Part shown: piece by piece, positions 51,342 to 60,936 of the stretch
Layout: each line of letters starts with the position of its first letter
How positions within the stretch are numbered: position 1 is the stretch's first letter
Assembly: GCA_050011875.1 (NCBI GenBank)
Contig: JBEKIG010000005.1
Location: 1-64,000 of the forward strand
Length of the DNA stretch: 64,000 nt
Source of the DNA: Nitrososphaeria archaeon
GTDB lineage: Archaea > Thermoproteota > Nitrososphaeria > JACIWG01
Direction: 5' to 3'
The notes under the pieces: model-generated
Seen by the model: only the letters and a program-made list of their open reading frames with translations
What the model was told of the DNA's origin: nothing
Database searches by the model: none
Position numbers and translations under genes: made by a program

Positions 51342-52634
51342 TTATGAAGGCAAAAATGAGCGTGTTTTAAATGCTGCTTTTCCCATAAACTGTCCTCTAC
51401 TTCCCAGTTCCTTCTCAATCATGGTCACTCTATTAGTAGTATCGTCGAGTCCCCCTTCTCTCATTTGACCAGTATTAAGGCCGACAGCGTAGTCTGCTAT
51501 ATCTGCTCCTTCTCCCCGGCTACTGCATGGCATAACAGCATAACCGTGTTTGTACGCATATTCAACCATCTCGAACGCTTCTGTTATAGACCCTATTTGA
51601 TTGACTTTTAAAAGGACGGTGTTGCATGCTTTTCCTTCAATTCCCCTTTTTACACGTTCGATATTTGTTGTAAAGAAATCGTCACCGACTATCTGAATGC
51701 CTAGTTCCTTAGTTAAGATGGCGTGTCCCTCAACATCGTTTTCGTCCATTGGGTCTTCTAAGACCAGGAACGGATAGTCTTTGACAGCTTCTTTATATAG
51801 TTCAATCAGATCTTCAGGAGTTTTGTCTTCTGCAGAGAATAAGCCTACAAATTTTTTCTTGTTCTTATCCCAGTAAGTGCCTGCAGCTACATCCATCTGG
51901 ATTCCAACTCTGTTCTTATATCCCAGGTTCTCAATGGTCTCGGCCATAATTTCCCAGAGTTGGCGGTCATGTTTGATCTTTTCAGACTTCTTAACCAAAA
52001 GCATAGAGTAAAAGCCGGAATATGTTCTCTGTCCTAACTTTTCATAGACTATTCTGTAAAATTCTCTTTTTAACTCCCAACATGCATAAGATGCTTCAGA
52101 GAAGGTCTTAAATCCGTAAGCCATGAAAGTGACACTTGGCTTTTCGCCTGATCTCTGGCCTCCTCCATATCTGGTACCTCCGATGTAGCCTGCGACTCCT
52201 GGTACTGGTAATATTCGAGCGAACACTCCACCAATATGCTGATAAAGCGGTATATGAAGAAAGTTTGCAGCTGCTTTGAGGCATGCCGCTGATATGCTTG
52301 CAGTAGAGTTGCCTCCGAGCTTTGTTTTCAGAGGGGTTCCATCGAGCTTAATCATTGTATCATCGATTTTATTTTGGTCTATTATATCGAAGCCTACAAG
52401 CTTTGGTGCAATGACGTTGTTTACGATATCAACCGCTTTAGTTAATCCAAGACCATTGTATCTCTTACCTCCATCATGAATAAAGAATACCTCATGTTCA
52501 CCAACTGATACACCTGCTTGAACAATACCAGTTCCACTTGAGCCGTCTTCTGTAACAACAGTAGTTTCTATACCAGGATGTCCTCTTATAGACATGATTT
52601 CTCTCGCAAAAATAATTTTAATTTTGGAACTCAA
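51342..52634 (-). CDS. Divergent enolase-family protein
   Basis: AREI...RGHP, GVSVGEHE, LGGN, MDVAA, EDP, VGDD, LLKVNQIGSITE; several canonical motifs altered. Confidence 0.85.
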   Translation of the reverse strand: MSSKIKIIFAREIMSIRGHPGIETTVVTEDGSSGTGIVQAGVSVGEHEVFFIHDGGKRYNGLGLTKAVDIVNNVIAPKLVGFDIIDQNKIDDTMIKLDGTPLKTKLGGNSTASISAACLKAAANFLHIPLYQHIGGVFARILPVPGVAGYIGGTRYGGGQRSGEKPSVTFMAYGFKTFSEASYACWELKREFYRIVYEKLGQRTYSGFYSMLLVKKSEKIKHDRQLWEIMAETIENLGYKNRVGIQMDVAAGTYWDKNKKKFVGLFSAEDKTPEDLIELYKEAVKDYPFLVLEDPMDENDVEGHAILTKELGIQIVGDDFFTTNIERVKRGIEGKACNTVLLKVNQIGSITEAFEMVEYAYKHGYAVMPCSSRGEGADIADYAVGLNTGQMREGGLDDTTNRVTMIEKELGSRGQFMGKAAFKTRSFLPS

Positions 52635-53016
52635 CTTAATCCCTATTTGTAACGCACGAATTGTCTAATATAAGGGTTATCCGGATCTTAGAATAAATCA
52701 GATAATCAAGCACCTCTGTCCAAGATGCGATCTGAAGAAAACAATAGTGCTCTTCATGATCATCTAGTTTAAGATATTAGGAACTAGAATAGAACACAGA
52801 ATCCGTTAATTTATGATTGTTAATTCCATAATGTAAACTGAACTGATTCATACTTGCAGGGAGGAAATTTCAAACAATAGAAAAATTCTGACAATCCCTT
52901 ACACTTACCAGTAGGAGTTTTGTAAGTACTGCAAGTTTTTACTTTTATCTTTGCTTAGTTTAGGCTTTCAAAAAAAGGGTTGGATAAGGTTATCATTTGT
53001 AATGTTGATGCTGATC

Positions 53017-54051
53017 CTAGAAGTTTCCCTGTTCAACCATTTTCGCCACAGATTCTAGCTTCACGGGTAGGAGCTCCCTGATTGGAAGATGGTATGGACA
53101 TCTTGATTCGCATTCGCCGCAATTAAGACAGGTTGGAACAAGCTGTTTAGCCTTTTGGAGCCCGCTTTGAAAGAAGGGCGTCAAACCCATTCGCTTTAAA
53201 GACCATGTTGAGCGCAATACGAAGGATATAGATATCCCCTGAGGACAAGGTTGGCAGTAGTCGCAGCCGTGGCAGTACTCGGTTCCGAGCTCTTTCCTAT
53301 CCTTTTCTATGACTTCAAGCTCCTCTGAGCTCAGTGCATGAGAAGCTGATGCGATGGCGACATTCTCTTCAACTTCCTTTAAACTCATCATTCCTGGAAC
53401 TATTACATCTACGTTCTTATCGTTCAGTAGGAACTTAAGTGCCGTTCTTGCATTGCTGAAGGCTCCTCCTCCAAACGGCTTCATTATTACTGTACCAACG
53501 TGGTTCCTATGGCAAAAAGGAAGCAACTCCTCCCCCGGCTGCCTTGTGAGATAATTATATTGTACTAAGATGGTTTCAAAGATATTTTCTTGTACGATCT
53601 CTTTCAGAAGCAACGGATTATGACTTGTAATTCCCAGATGCCTTATTCTCCCATCATCATGTGCCTCAATTAATGCTTCCAGCGCTCCACCCGGGGCTTT
53701 AGCCTGCTTCCAATCCTCCTCTGTTGCCACATTATGTAGTTGGTAGATATCGACCCATTCCGTTCTAAGATTTTTTAGGCTTGTCTCAAGTTCCCCGAGA
53801 ACTTCCATTTTTTTTAGTCTCTGAGTTTTGGTCGCTATGACCACTTGGTCTCTCACATCTTCAAGAGCTTTCCCTATCACCCCTTCGCTTACGGTGTACG
53901 CCCTTGCCGTATCGAAATAATTAATACCACAATCGTAGCAGCAGCGGACGACCTTAACAGCTTCCTCCTCAGAAATCCTCTGAATCGGGATACCACCGAA
54001 GCCCAGGACCCTAACCTTCAGGCCTGTTCTACCTAGAATTCTTTCTTTCAA
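53017..54051 (-). CDS. Aldo/keto reductase with C-terminal 4Fe-4S dicluster
   Basis: FDTARAY, IATK, YQLHN; CHGCDYCQPCP, CLNCGECESRCP; TTG 54051 after ggtgagg. Confidence 0.92.
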   Translation of the reverse strand: MKERILGRTGLKVRVLGFGGIPIQRISEEEAVKVVRCCYDCGINYFDTARAYTVSEGVIGKALEDVRDQVVIATKTQRLKKMEVLGELETSLKNLRTEWVDIYQLHNVATEEDWKQAKAPGGALEALIEAHDDGRIRHLGITSHNPLLLKEIVQENIFETILVQYNYLTRQPGEELLPFCHRNHVGTVIMKPFGGGAFSNARTALKFLLNDKNVDVIVPGMMSLKEVEENVAIASASHALSSEELEVIEKDRKELGTEYCHGCDYCQPCPQGISISFVLRSTWSLKRMGLTPFFQSGLQKAKQLVPTCLNCGECESRCPYHLPIRELLPVKLESVAKMVEQGNF

Positions 54052-54563
54052 TATGTTTATCCTCACCACGCGAGGATAATTGATTATATAACCCTTAAGT
54101 ATTAGCATATCAAATGAATACATCACTCGATCGTTTATTCAAACGACCGTCTACTTTACATTGTGTCTCAGATTAATCGTATTTGCTGCCCTTATTTTAT
54201 CCCCTTCAGCTTGGGTGCGATGGCCGCCCTGTATACTTTGTCGGAGTATCGACTATCCCATGCGAAGGTAGGCTGTGTCAATTTGGTTGTGCTGTCAGTA
54301 TTATTCGCATACTCCTTCGTTGCGTCTTATGAGCTTATCCATCACTATACGTTACCTAGTTTACTGTTTGACTGCTTCGCTAGATTTAGCGTATGAAAAA
54401 GCATTCGTCCAAAATAGAATAACACCACAACCTCTCATCATATTCATAAGCGTTCTACGCTCCAAGGGTCTGTAAATTGAGGAATTATGGATCTATGAAA
54501 AAATAACCTGTCCACTTGAAAAGATTTAAATACGCTTGAAATTCTATAGAAAAAGGGTTAAGA

Positions 54564-55925
54564 TTGGAGAAGAAATCAAGCCTAATTTTCGGATTGTTTA
54601 TTATAGCTGCAATTCTATGTGCGTTTTCAGCCAACGCTTTAGTTACACCTTGGACGATGTTCCGCCACGACGCTGCGCATACTGGATACTCTACCCAAAG
54701 CCCTTTTGTTGGAGGCGTCGTTTATTTCGGCTCAGATGACCAAAAAGTTTATGCTACTAGTGCTTTTATCTGGAGTTTCCCTACTGGAGGTGTTGTGGAA
54801 TCTTCTCCTGCTGTTGTTGGGGGTGTCGTTTACGTCGGCTCATTTGACGGCAATGTTTATGCTTTGAATGCTTCTAGTGGTGCTAAAATCTGGAACTTCA
54901 CTACTGGAGGCGCTGTGGATTCTTCTCCTGCTGTTGTTGGGGGTGTCGTTTACGTTGGCTCATATGACAAAAATGTTTATGCTTTGAACGCTTCTACTGG
55001 TGTTAAACTTTGGAGCTTTCCTACTGGAAACATTGTGTATTCTTCTCCTGCTGTTGCTGGAGGGGTTGTTTACGTTGGCTCATATGACAAAAATGTTTAC
55101 GCTTTGAATGCTTCTACTGGTGCTTTTATCTGGAGTTTCCCTACTGGAAACATTGTGTATTCTTCTCCTGCCGTTGTTGGGGGTGTCGTTTACGTTGGCT
55201 CAGGTGACAATGTTTATGCTTTGAACGCTTCTACTGGTGCTTTTATCTGGAGTTTCCCTACTGGAGACGGTGTGTATTCTTCTCCTGCTGTCGCTGGAGG
55301 GGTCGTTTACGTCGGCTCAGATGACCACAATGTTTACGCTTTAAACGCTTCTAGTGGTTCTGAAATCTGGAGCTTCCCTACTGAAAGCGCTGTGGAATCT
55401 TCTCCTGCTGTCGCTTTAGGCGTCGTTTACGTCGGCTCATATGACTACAATGTTTATGCTTTGAACGCTTCTAATGGCGCTAAGCTTTGGAGCTTTCCTA
55501 CTGGAAGCTATGTGGAATCTTCTCCTGCTGTCGCTGGAGGGGTCGTTTACGTCGGCTCAGATGACCACAATGTTTATGCTTTGAACGCTTCTAATGGTGC
55601 TAAGCTTTGGAACTTCACTACTGGAAGCGCTGTAGAATCTTCCCCTGCTGTTATTGCGACTTCTACTACTACTACTACGACTACTACTTCTACTACTAGC
55701 ACCACTACTTCTACTACTACTACGACTACTTCTACTACTACTAGCACCACTACTTCTACTACTACTACGACTACTTCTACTACTACTAGCACAACTACTT
55801 CTGTACCAGTTGGTGGAGTGTTGACGTCAGGTGGTATAATTGGTATGGAGGGGTTGCTGTTGGCAGCTTTGGTCGCAGCATTCTGTGCAGCAACGGTAAT
55901 TGTGGCTAGGAAACTTAAGAAATAA
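54564..55925 (+). CDS. PQQ-like beta-propeller surface protein with Thr linker and PVGG-TM tail
   Basis: 120-bp units; poly-Thr; VPVGG + TM + RKLKK. Confidence 0.9.
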   Translation: MEKKSSLIFGLFIIAAILCAFSANALVTPWTMFRHDAAHTGYSTQSPFVGGVVYFGSDDQKVYATSAFIWSFPTGGVVESSPAVVGGVVYVGSFDGNVYALNASSGAKIWNFTTGGAVDSSPAVVGGVVYVGSYDKNVYALNASTGVKLWSFPTGNIVYSSPAVAGGVVYVGSYDKNVYALNASTGAFIWSFPTGNIVYSSPAVVGGVVYVGSGDNVYALNASTGAFIWSFPTGDGVYSSPAVAGGVVYVGSDDHNVYALNASSGSEIWSFPTESAVESSPAVALGVVYVGSYDYNVYALNASNGAKLWSFPTGSYVESSPAVAGGVVYVGSDDHNVYALNASNGAKLWNFTTGSAVESSPAVIATSTTTTTTTTSTTSTTTSTTTTTTSTTTSTTTSTTTTTTSTTTSTTTSVPVGGVLTSGGIIGMEGLLLAALVAAFCAATVIVARKLKK

Positions 55926-56079
55926 TTCTTACCTTTGTGGCTAGGAGACTTAATCTATTATGTTTTGTTTCTAGAGAATTACAGTCAATATTTCAATATT
56001 GGTTCAACAGCCTTAAACTTGTTCTTTTACCAAAAGGCATAAAAGGGCCTCGTTCACTATCATATCAAGTACATGTACT

Positions 56080-56871
56080 ATGGTCGGTAGAATCAGGAGG
56101 ATAAGAAGAGCTATCAGCAGAAATAGGCGGAAATTTACAAAGAAGAGGGTTCTGCTTGTAGCCGCCACCATTGTCCTAATATTCATCGTTTCCGACTTTG
56201 CCTTGACCTACCACTATGGGCCAACTCTCACTCCCACTTCAACTTTATCGCCAACTCCAACCAAGCCATTGGCAGCGATCATAGACTCACTTTATGTGAT
56301 GGATAACAACAGCTACTTCGACAAAACAGCTAACTCTATCCTATCGAACGCCGGCTACAAGGTCAATGTCATCTTAGGGGCAAACGTGACCGTAGACTCA
56401 TTTAAGAACATCACCGGATACAAGATAATAGTCCTAAGAGTTCACACAGCACAGGAAGGCAGCCTCGTCGTCTTCTTCACCGGAACCCAGGCGAAGGACC
56501 CCAACCAAGATACTGGATATATGCTTGAAAAGATGATGGGGTGGGTCAGGATAGGAGAAGTAGGTGAACAGTACTTCTACGCGGTCACGCCTACCATGAT
56601 CACGCAAGATGCCGGTCAAACAAAATTCGAAAATACGACCGTTATCGTGGACAGCTGCTATGGACTTGCTGCCGATTCGATGGCTCAAGCCTTTACAGGA
56701 GATGGCGCATCGACCTACATAGCGTGGAACAGTGGCGTCTACCCACAGTATTCGGATAACGCAACACTCCAACTGTTGGGACTCATATCGGAGCATGTGC
56801 CGGTGGCGCAGGCGATAAGCCAGATTCCAAAGGAACCTGACTTCGGAAGCACACTTTCCGCCTACCCATGA
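56080..56871 (+). CDS. Membrane-anchored protein with caspase/gingipain-like His-Cys motifs
   Basis: IIVLRVH...IVDSCYG...GASTYIAW. Confidence 0.6.
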   Translation: MVGRIRRIRRAISRNRRKFTKKRVLLVAATIVLIFIVSDFALTYHYGPTLTPTSTLSPTPTKPLAAIIDSLYVMDNNSYFDKTANSILSNAGYKVNVILGANVTVDSFKNITGYKIIVLRVHTAQEGSLVVFFTGTQAKDPNQDTGYMLEKMMGWVRIGEVGEQYFYAVTPTMITQDAGQTKFENTTVIVDSCYGLAADSMAQAFTGDGASTYIAWNSGVYPQYSDNATLQLLGLISEHVPVAQAISQIPKEPDFGSTLSAYP

Positions 56872-56878
56872 GGTTCTG

Positions 56879-57298
56879 TCAAGTCTTCGGGTGACACCTA
56901 GCTGACTTGGATCGACTTTGAGGGTTAGGGTATATCCATTCCTCTGCCATCGCTTCATTTATTTGATGCGGACAATAACCGCGCATACCAAGACTACAAT
57001 CACAGTTAAGACAAAGGACCCTATAACCTTCTGGAAAATGATTCTTTTTTAGCCAGTAGTACAATTGCTTTCCACCGAATGAATGTAAATGTCCTCCAGC
57101 CTTTTTTCCGTTTATCCGGTCTATTGTTAGAAATTCCAACACCTTTTCTCCACAGCAAGCACACTTAGGTTCCCCTTTGCTATAGTAAGTGAGAGCCTCC
57201 ACACGGATTCTCTCACATATTCTGTTAATTACTCCTTTGCATTTTTCAGGGTGTTTTTGTCGAAAACTATTGTAAATAGGTTTAAAAGTAAAATTTTC
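56879..57298 (-). pseudogene. Degenerate HNH-type (virus-like) endonuclease
   Basis: CACCGE..FLTIDRING...YRVLCLNCD...CPH; frame stays open upstream of GTG 57202 with no further start. Confidence 0.65.
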
Positions 57299-57367
57299 TT
57301 AATAAGTCAAGGAGTAAAAAGATTTTTTAAATTATGATACATTGATATCCGTTTTTTATCATTAAAT

Positions 57368-57385
57368 AAAAGTTTATATATAAAT
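57368..57385 (+). promoter_or_regulatory. BRE/TATA promoter of the S-layer gene
   Basis: aaaagtttatatataaat, about 30 nt upstream of ATG 57411. Confidence 0.6.
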
Positions 57386-57410
57386 CTGATTCATGTACTG
57401 TACGACCGAA

Positions 57411-60038
57411 ATGAATAATAAACATTCGATAATGGCTTTATCGGCGCTTATCATATTACTAGCACCGTCAGTAACAGCATTTGCATACACCACGATAACC
57501 AATCCTGTTCCACCTGCCTCTGATCCAGTAAGCTGGTACAAGACAGTGAATGGGGTTCTAACCAGCGACTATTACACACTATACCCATACAAACTACAGA
57601 GCTTAGACATAGGATTTTCAAAATACGGTGAACTGATAAACTCAACTGGTGGCGGACCAGGAGTTGTCAAAGTCGGTATGCAGTATCCAGGTCATGATGT
57701 AGTAAATACATACGACCAATCTCTAGGAACTTCACGAGATCCATTCGCTAATGAGCTCGTTTCAGAGAACTACTGGGTAAACGGATGGCTAGCCAACATA
57801 ACATACAGAGACAGATTATTCGAAGGAACACCCTACCCAGCGTACAGGGTTGTCTGGGCTTTTGCACTCTATTCAGATGGTATAACCTACGGTGGACCTT
57901 GGAATAATATGCAGGCATCTCCAACCGTCGGCGTCGGAGGAAGACAGACAAACGGGAACGCATCGACTCTACCGATACAGATACTCTACGATGGCCCAAG
58001 GGAGACGATAGCACTTTTGGTAACTAACATAAACGACACACAAAAACTGTCGTCAGGACTTGTTGAATCATGGCCAGTAGCACAACTACAGATCACGATA
58101 ATATTCGACAAAGCCAAGAAGGAAATAGTCGAATACAAGGACATGAAGCTCAAACTGGAGACAAAGGTACTAGACGGCTTAGCGAACATACAATTCGGTG
58201 ACAGAGGAGAATGGGACTTAGGTCCTCCAACTGGCCCGAATAAACTAAACAGCTACGCAGAATTCTACCCAAGTGCCGCGGCAGTAGGACTAAATACTGT
58301 CTATGGTGCAGATTGGGAGAATGTCACAGGGACCGAGGGCGGCGCAGCGAATCCGCCATACAACGGAACGACATGGTTGCTACGTGACCTTGTACAGAGC
58401 TTTACAGCTTCATCCGGACAAACCAATGTCAATCTAACGCACGATGATTACGAAAACACTGAAGCAGTATTCGTAAACGGAATATATCAGCTTCCGGGTA
58501 CAAACTATGTAGTAGAAAATCCCAATGCAGCAGGTACTGCTAACAGAACTATCTACTTCCTCAAGGCACTGAATTCAGGCGACACTGTTACGGTTCAGTA
58601 CAAGTACGTATTCGAGGAGTTCGACAATGATTACAGCCTCGCGCAGATCATATCAGCCGACAAAACATACGTTGGCGCAGTAGCATACTGGCCACAGGTG
58701 TCAGACTGGACAGTTAACGGATGGGATGCAAGGCTAACCGCACTTTTCAACGTTCAAACTAATATTATGCCCACAGAACCTAGCATACCATTTGTCTCAG
58801 GAGAATGGGATATCGCTCTTAGCATTGGACAGTCGTTCAGAGGCGTTACCGTATACGTATTGACGGATAACGTGAACGGAACTGTAACACCGGAGGGTAA
58901 GCCAGCACACATAGACAGCGAAGTACAGTACCAGCTCAACGAAGTCTTCAACCCATGGGACCTGAATATGGCAGCAGACAAGAAGGCCAGCACATGGCTT
59001 GAATGGAAGCCCCAAGATGAAAGTAGCATTACACTAACAAATGCTCCATTCCTGTTAGGAACATGGAACGGATACAATACACAAGCTGAACGCGTAATGG
59101 ACGAAGATAACAACGGAGCGCTTCTCGTCAGAGGAGTAGACTATACTATATCCATTAATGGTACAGGTTATGCTACACTAACAGCAATTTCAGATGCATT
59201 CTACTTTGACTTACTCAAGATAGAATATTCGACAGGTACTACTGTCATGCCTACTGGTGCTGCTCCTAGCGCAGATGCTTATAGTCTAAAAACAGCAGGA
59301 GGACGCTACGAGTGGATTGTTGTAGGAAGAGACGCCGCTTCAGTTGACTCAGCAGGCGCAGCCATGATAGCAAAATCGTTGTGTTTCAAAAATGTAACGT
59401 TAGGTATCACAGGAGAAGACATGATGGATCCAGTATTAGCTAACTCGATACCAAACGTGATGTATCAGTTTGGAACAGGAAGCTCAATGGCAAACTACAA
59501 GGATTCAATGGGCAGGGCAGCGATCAAAGACGATTGGTGCACTCGATGGCCAATTACAACATCTAACATGATTGGCGTAGGAGGACTACTTGCCAACATG
59601 GTCACCTACTACACAAACGACTTCACAACCGCATTCTATGGTAACCCAACATACACACCAACAACTAGTAAATGGTATGGCGCGATAGGTGCAATATCAT
59701 GCTGGAGCAAGAACGCATACGTTGACACATCAACAGACGGCTACGCAGTTATCAGCACATATCAGGACATAAACGGAACGACATTCTTAGTCGTTTGGGG
59801 ACTGCAAGGCAGAGACACATACTACGCTTCACAGTGGATATATGGCAATGACTGGAACCAAGTACTAGGCACAAGCCCAGGAATATTCACTCTACAAGGA
59901 CTGAACCCTGGAACGACAAGTCTAATACTAGACATAAGCTACGGCACGACTACTTTCACACAACATCATCCTGTCATCACAATAGTAGAGAACCTCGGAA
60001 CGATAAGCGAAAAGTTACCGACACATCCAGATCCATAA
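57411..60038 (+). CDS. Probable S-layer protein (Bathyarchaeia/TACK type)
   Basis: Signal peptide, many N-x-S/T sequons, GRYEWIVVGRDAASVDSAGA, NMIGVGGLLAN, distinct codon bias. Confidence 0.75.
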   Translation: MNNKHSIMALSALIILLAPSVTAFAYTTITNPVPPASDPVSWYKTVNGVLTSDYYTLYPYKLQSLDIGFSKYGELINSTGGGPGVVKVGMQYPGHDVVNTYDQSLGTSRDPFANELVSENYWVNGWLANITYRDRLFEGTPYPAYRVVWAFALYSDGITYGGPWNNMQASPTVGVGGRQTNGNASTLPIQILYDGPRETIALLVTNINDTQKLSSGLVESWPVAQLQITIIFDKAKKEIVEYKDMKLKLETKVLDGLANIQFGDRGEWDLGPPTGPNKLNSYAEFYPSAAAVGLNTVYGADWENVTGTEGGAANPPYNGTTWLLRDLVQSFTASSGQTNVNLTHDDYENTEAVFVNGIYQLPGTNYVVENPNAAGTANRTIYFLKALNSGDTVTVQYKYVFEEFDNDYSLAQIISADKTYVGAVAYWPQVSDWTVNGWDARLTALFNVQTNIMPTEPSIPFVSGEWDIALSIGQSFRGVTVYVLTDNVNGTVTPEGKPAHIDSEVQYQLNEVFNPWDLNMAADKKASTWLEWKPQDESSITLTNAPFLLGTWNGYNTQAERVMDEDNNGALLVRGVDYTISINGTGYATLTAISDAFYFDLLKIEYSTGTTVMPTGAAPSADAYSLKTAGGRYEWIVVGRDAASVDSAGAAMIAKSLCFKNVTLGITGEDMMDPVLANSIPNVMYQFGTGSSMANYKDSMGRAAIKDDWCTRWPITTSNMIGVGGLLANMVTYYTNDFTTAFYGNPTYTPTTSKWYGAIGAISCWSKNAYVDTSTDGYAVISTYQDINGTTFLVVWGLQGRDTYYASQWIYGNDWNQVLGTSPGIFTLQGLNPGTTSLILDISYGTTTFTQHHPVITIVENLGTISEKLPTHPDP

Positions 60039-60078
60039 GGGATAAAAAAATAATATCCCTCTTCCCTTTTATTTTTTT
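60038..60078 (+). terminator. Hairpin + T-rich terminator
   Basis: agggata...tatccct followed by a pyrimidine/T tract. Confidence 0.65.
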
Positions 60079-60313
60079 AAAATCAGATTATATTATATTA
60101 CATAAGTTCTGTTTCAATTAATATTGAGCAGTTATTTTGGCTGTAGGGCGCCGCACGATATAAATAAAAAGTTAATTAAAGTTACAAGCGAACTGTTGAA
60201 ATTGTCGTTGCAAAATCATCCGTATAACGCTTTCAGATGACTTTACGTTTATGGATTGGAAGAACGACAGCTTTTCAACCTTATCTTTATAGTTTCTTTT
60301 TTCGAGTTAAATG

Positions 60314-60865
60314 TTAGGGCGGCGGAACTTTTAAGGAGGAACCGACAATGATTAGAAGCCAGCTTCCACCTTGAGTCGTTTTCCCTCTAGCTACAATGGA
60401 CATTGGATAGGTATCATTCGGGACACCGCTTGGGATAATGACTGTTAAATTTATACTTGTAGAATCACCTGGCTGGAGCGTTACCGATGTCGGCTTGAAG
60501 TCAGCTACATATCCTGGGATATTTGAATGCGTCTCAAGATCAAGTACTTCGCTAGTATTCAGCTTTGTCGCTTTCAACGTAATAGACACATTGACCGATC
60601 CACCACTATCTGAAATGTTGACAACGGCTGTGCTTAGCAAAACGTCGAAATCTGGGTTTGCGAAAGGGGGTAGTCCTCCCATAGTCGATATTTGTGTTTG
60701 CTGGCTTAAAACAGTTGAATTGAGCATTGAAACCTCGGATGTGAGACTGGAAACTTGGCTTTCATAGCTTCTTATTTGCGGTTCATACATCGTATATCCT
60801 AAGCCGTAACCACCAAAACCTACAAGTATAACGACTATCAGTAAGGCGACCATACTCATCTTCAA
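60314..60865 (-). CDS. Membrane-anchored coiled-coil + Ig-like protein
   Basis: N-terminal TM; PTSVTLQPGDST..LTV.IP..VP..TY. Confidence 0.75.
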   Translation of the reverse strand: MKMSMVALLIVVILVGFGGYGLGYTMYEPQIRSYESQVSSLTSEVSMLNSTVLSQQTQISTMGGLPPFANPDFDVLLSTAVVNISDSGGSVNVSITLKATKLNTSEVLDLETHSNIPGYVADFKPTSVTLQPGDSTSINLTVIIPSGVPNDTYPMSIVARGKTTQGGSWLLIIVGSSLKVPPP

Positions 60866-60936
60866 GGCGTACTCACCCAGTATATATCACAGGAAATATA
60901 TATATATCAAAGTTACTCGAAAAGGATTAAGAGAAA

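Noticed and set aside
55660-55802. act/tct microsatellite as an independent repeat element
   Set aside because: It encodes the Thr/Ser linker; the poly-Val antisense ORFs (55574-55792, 5974-6225) are shadows
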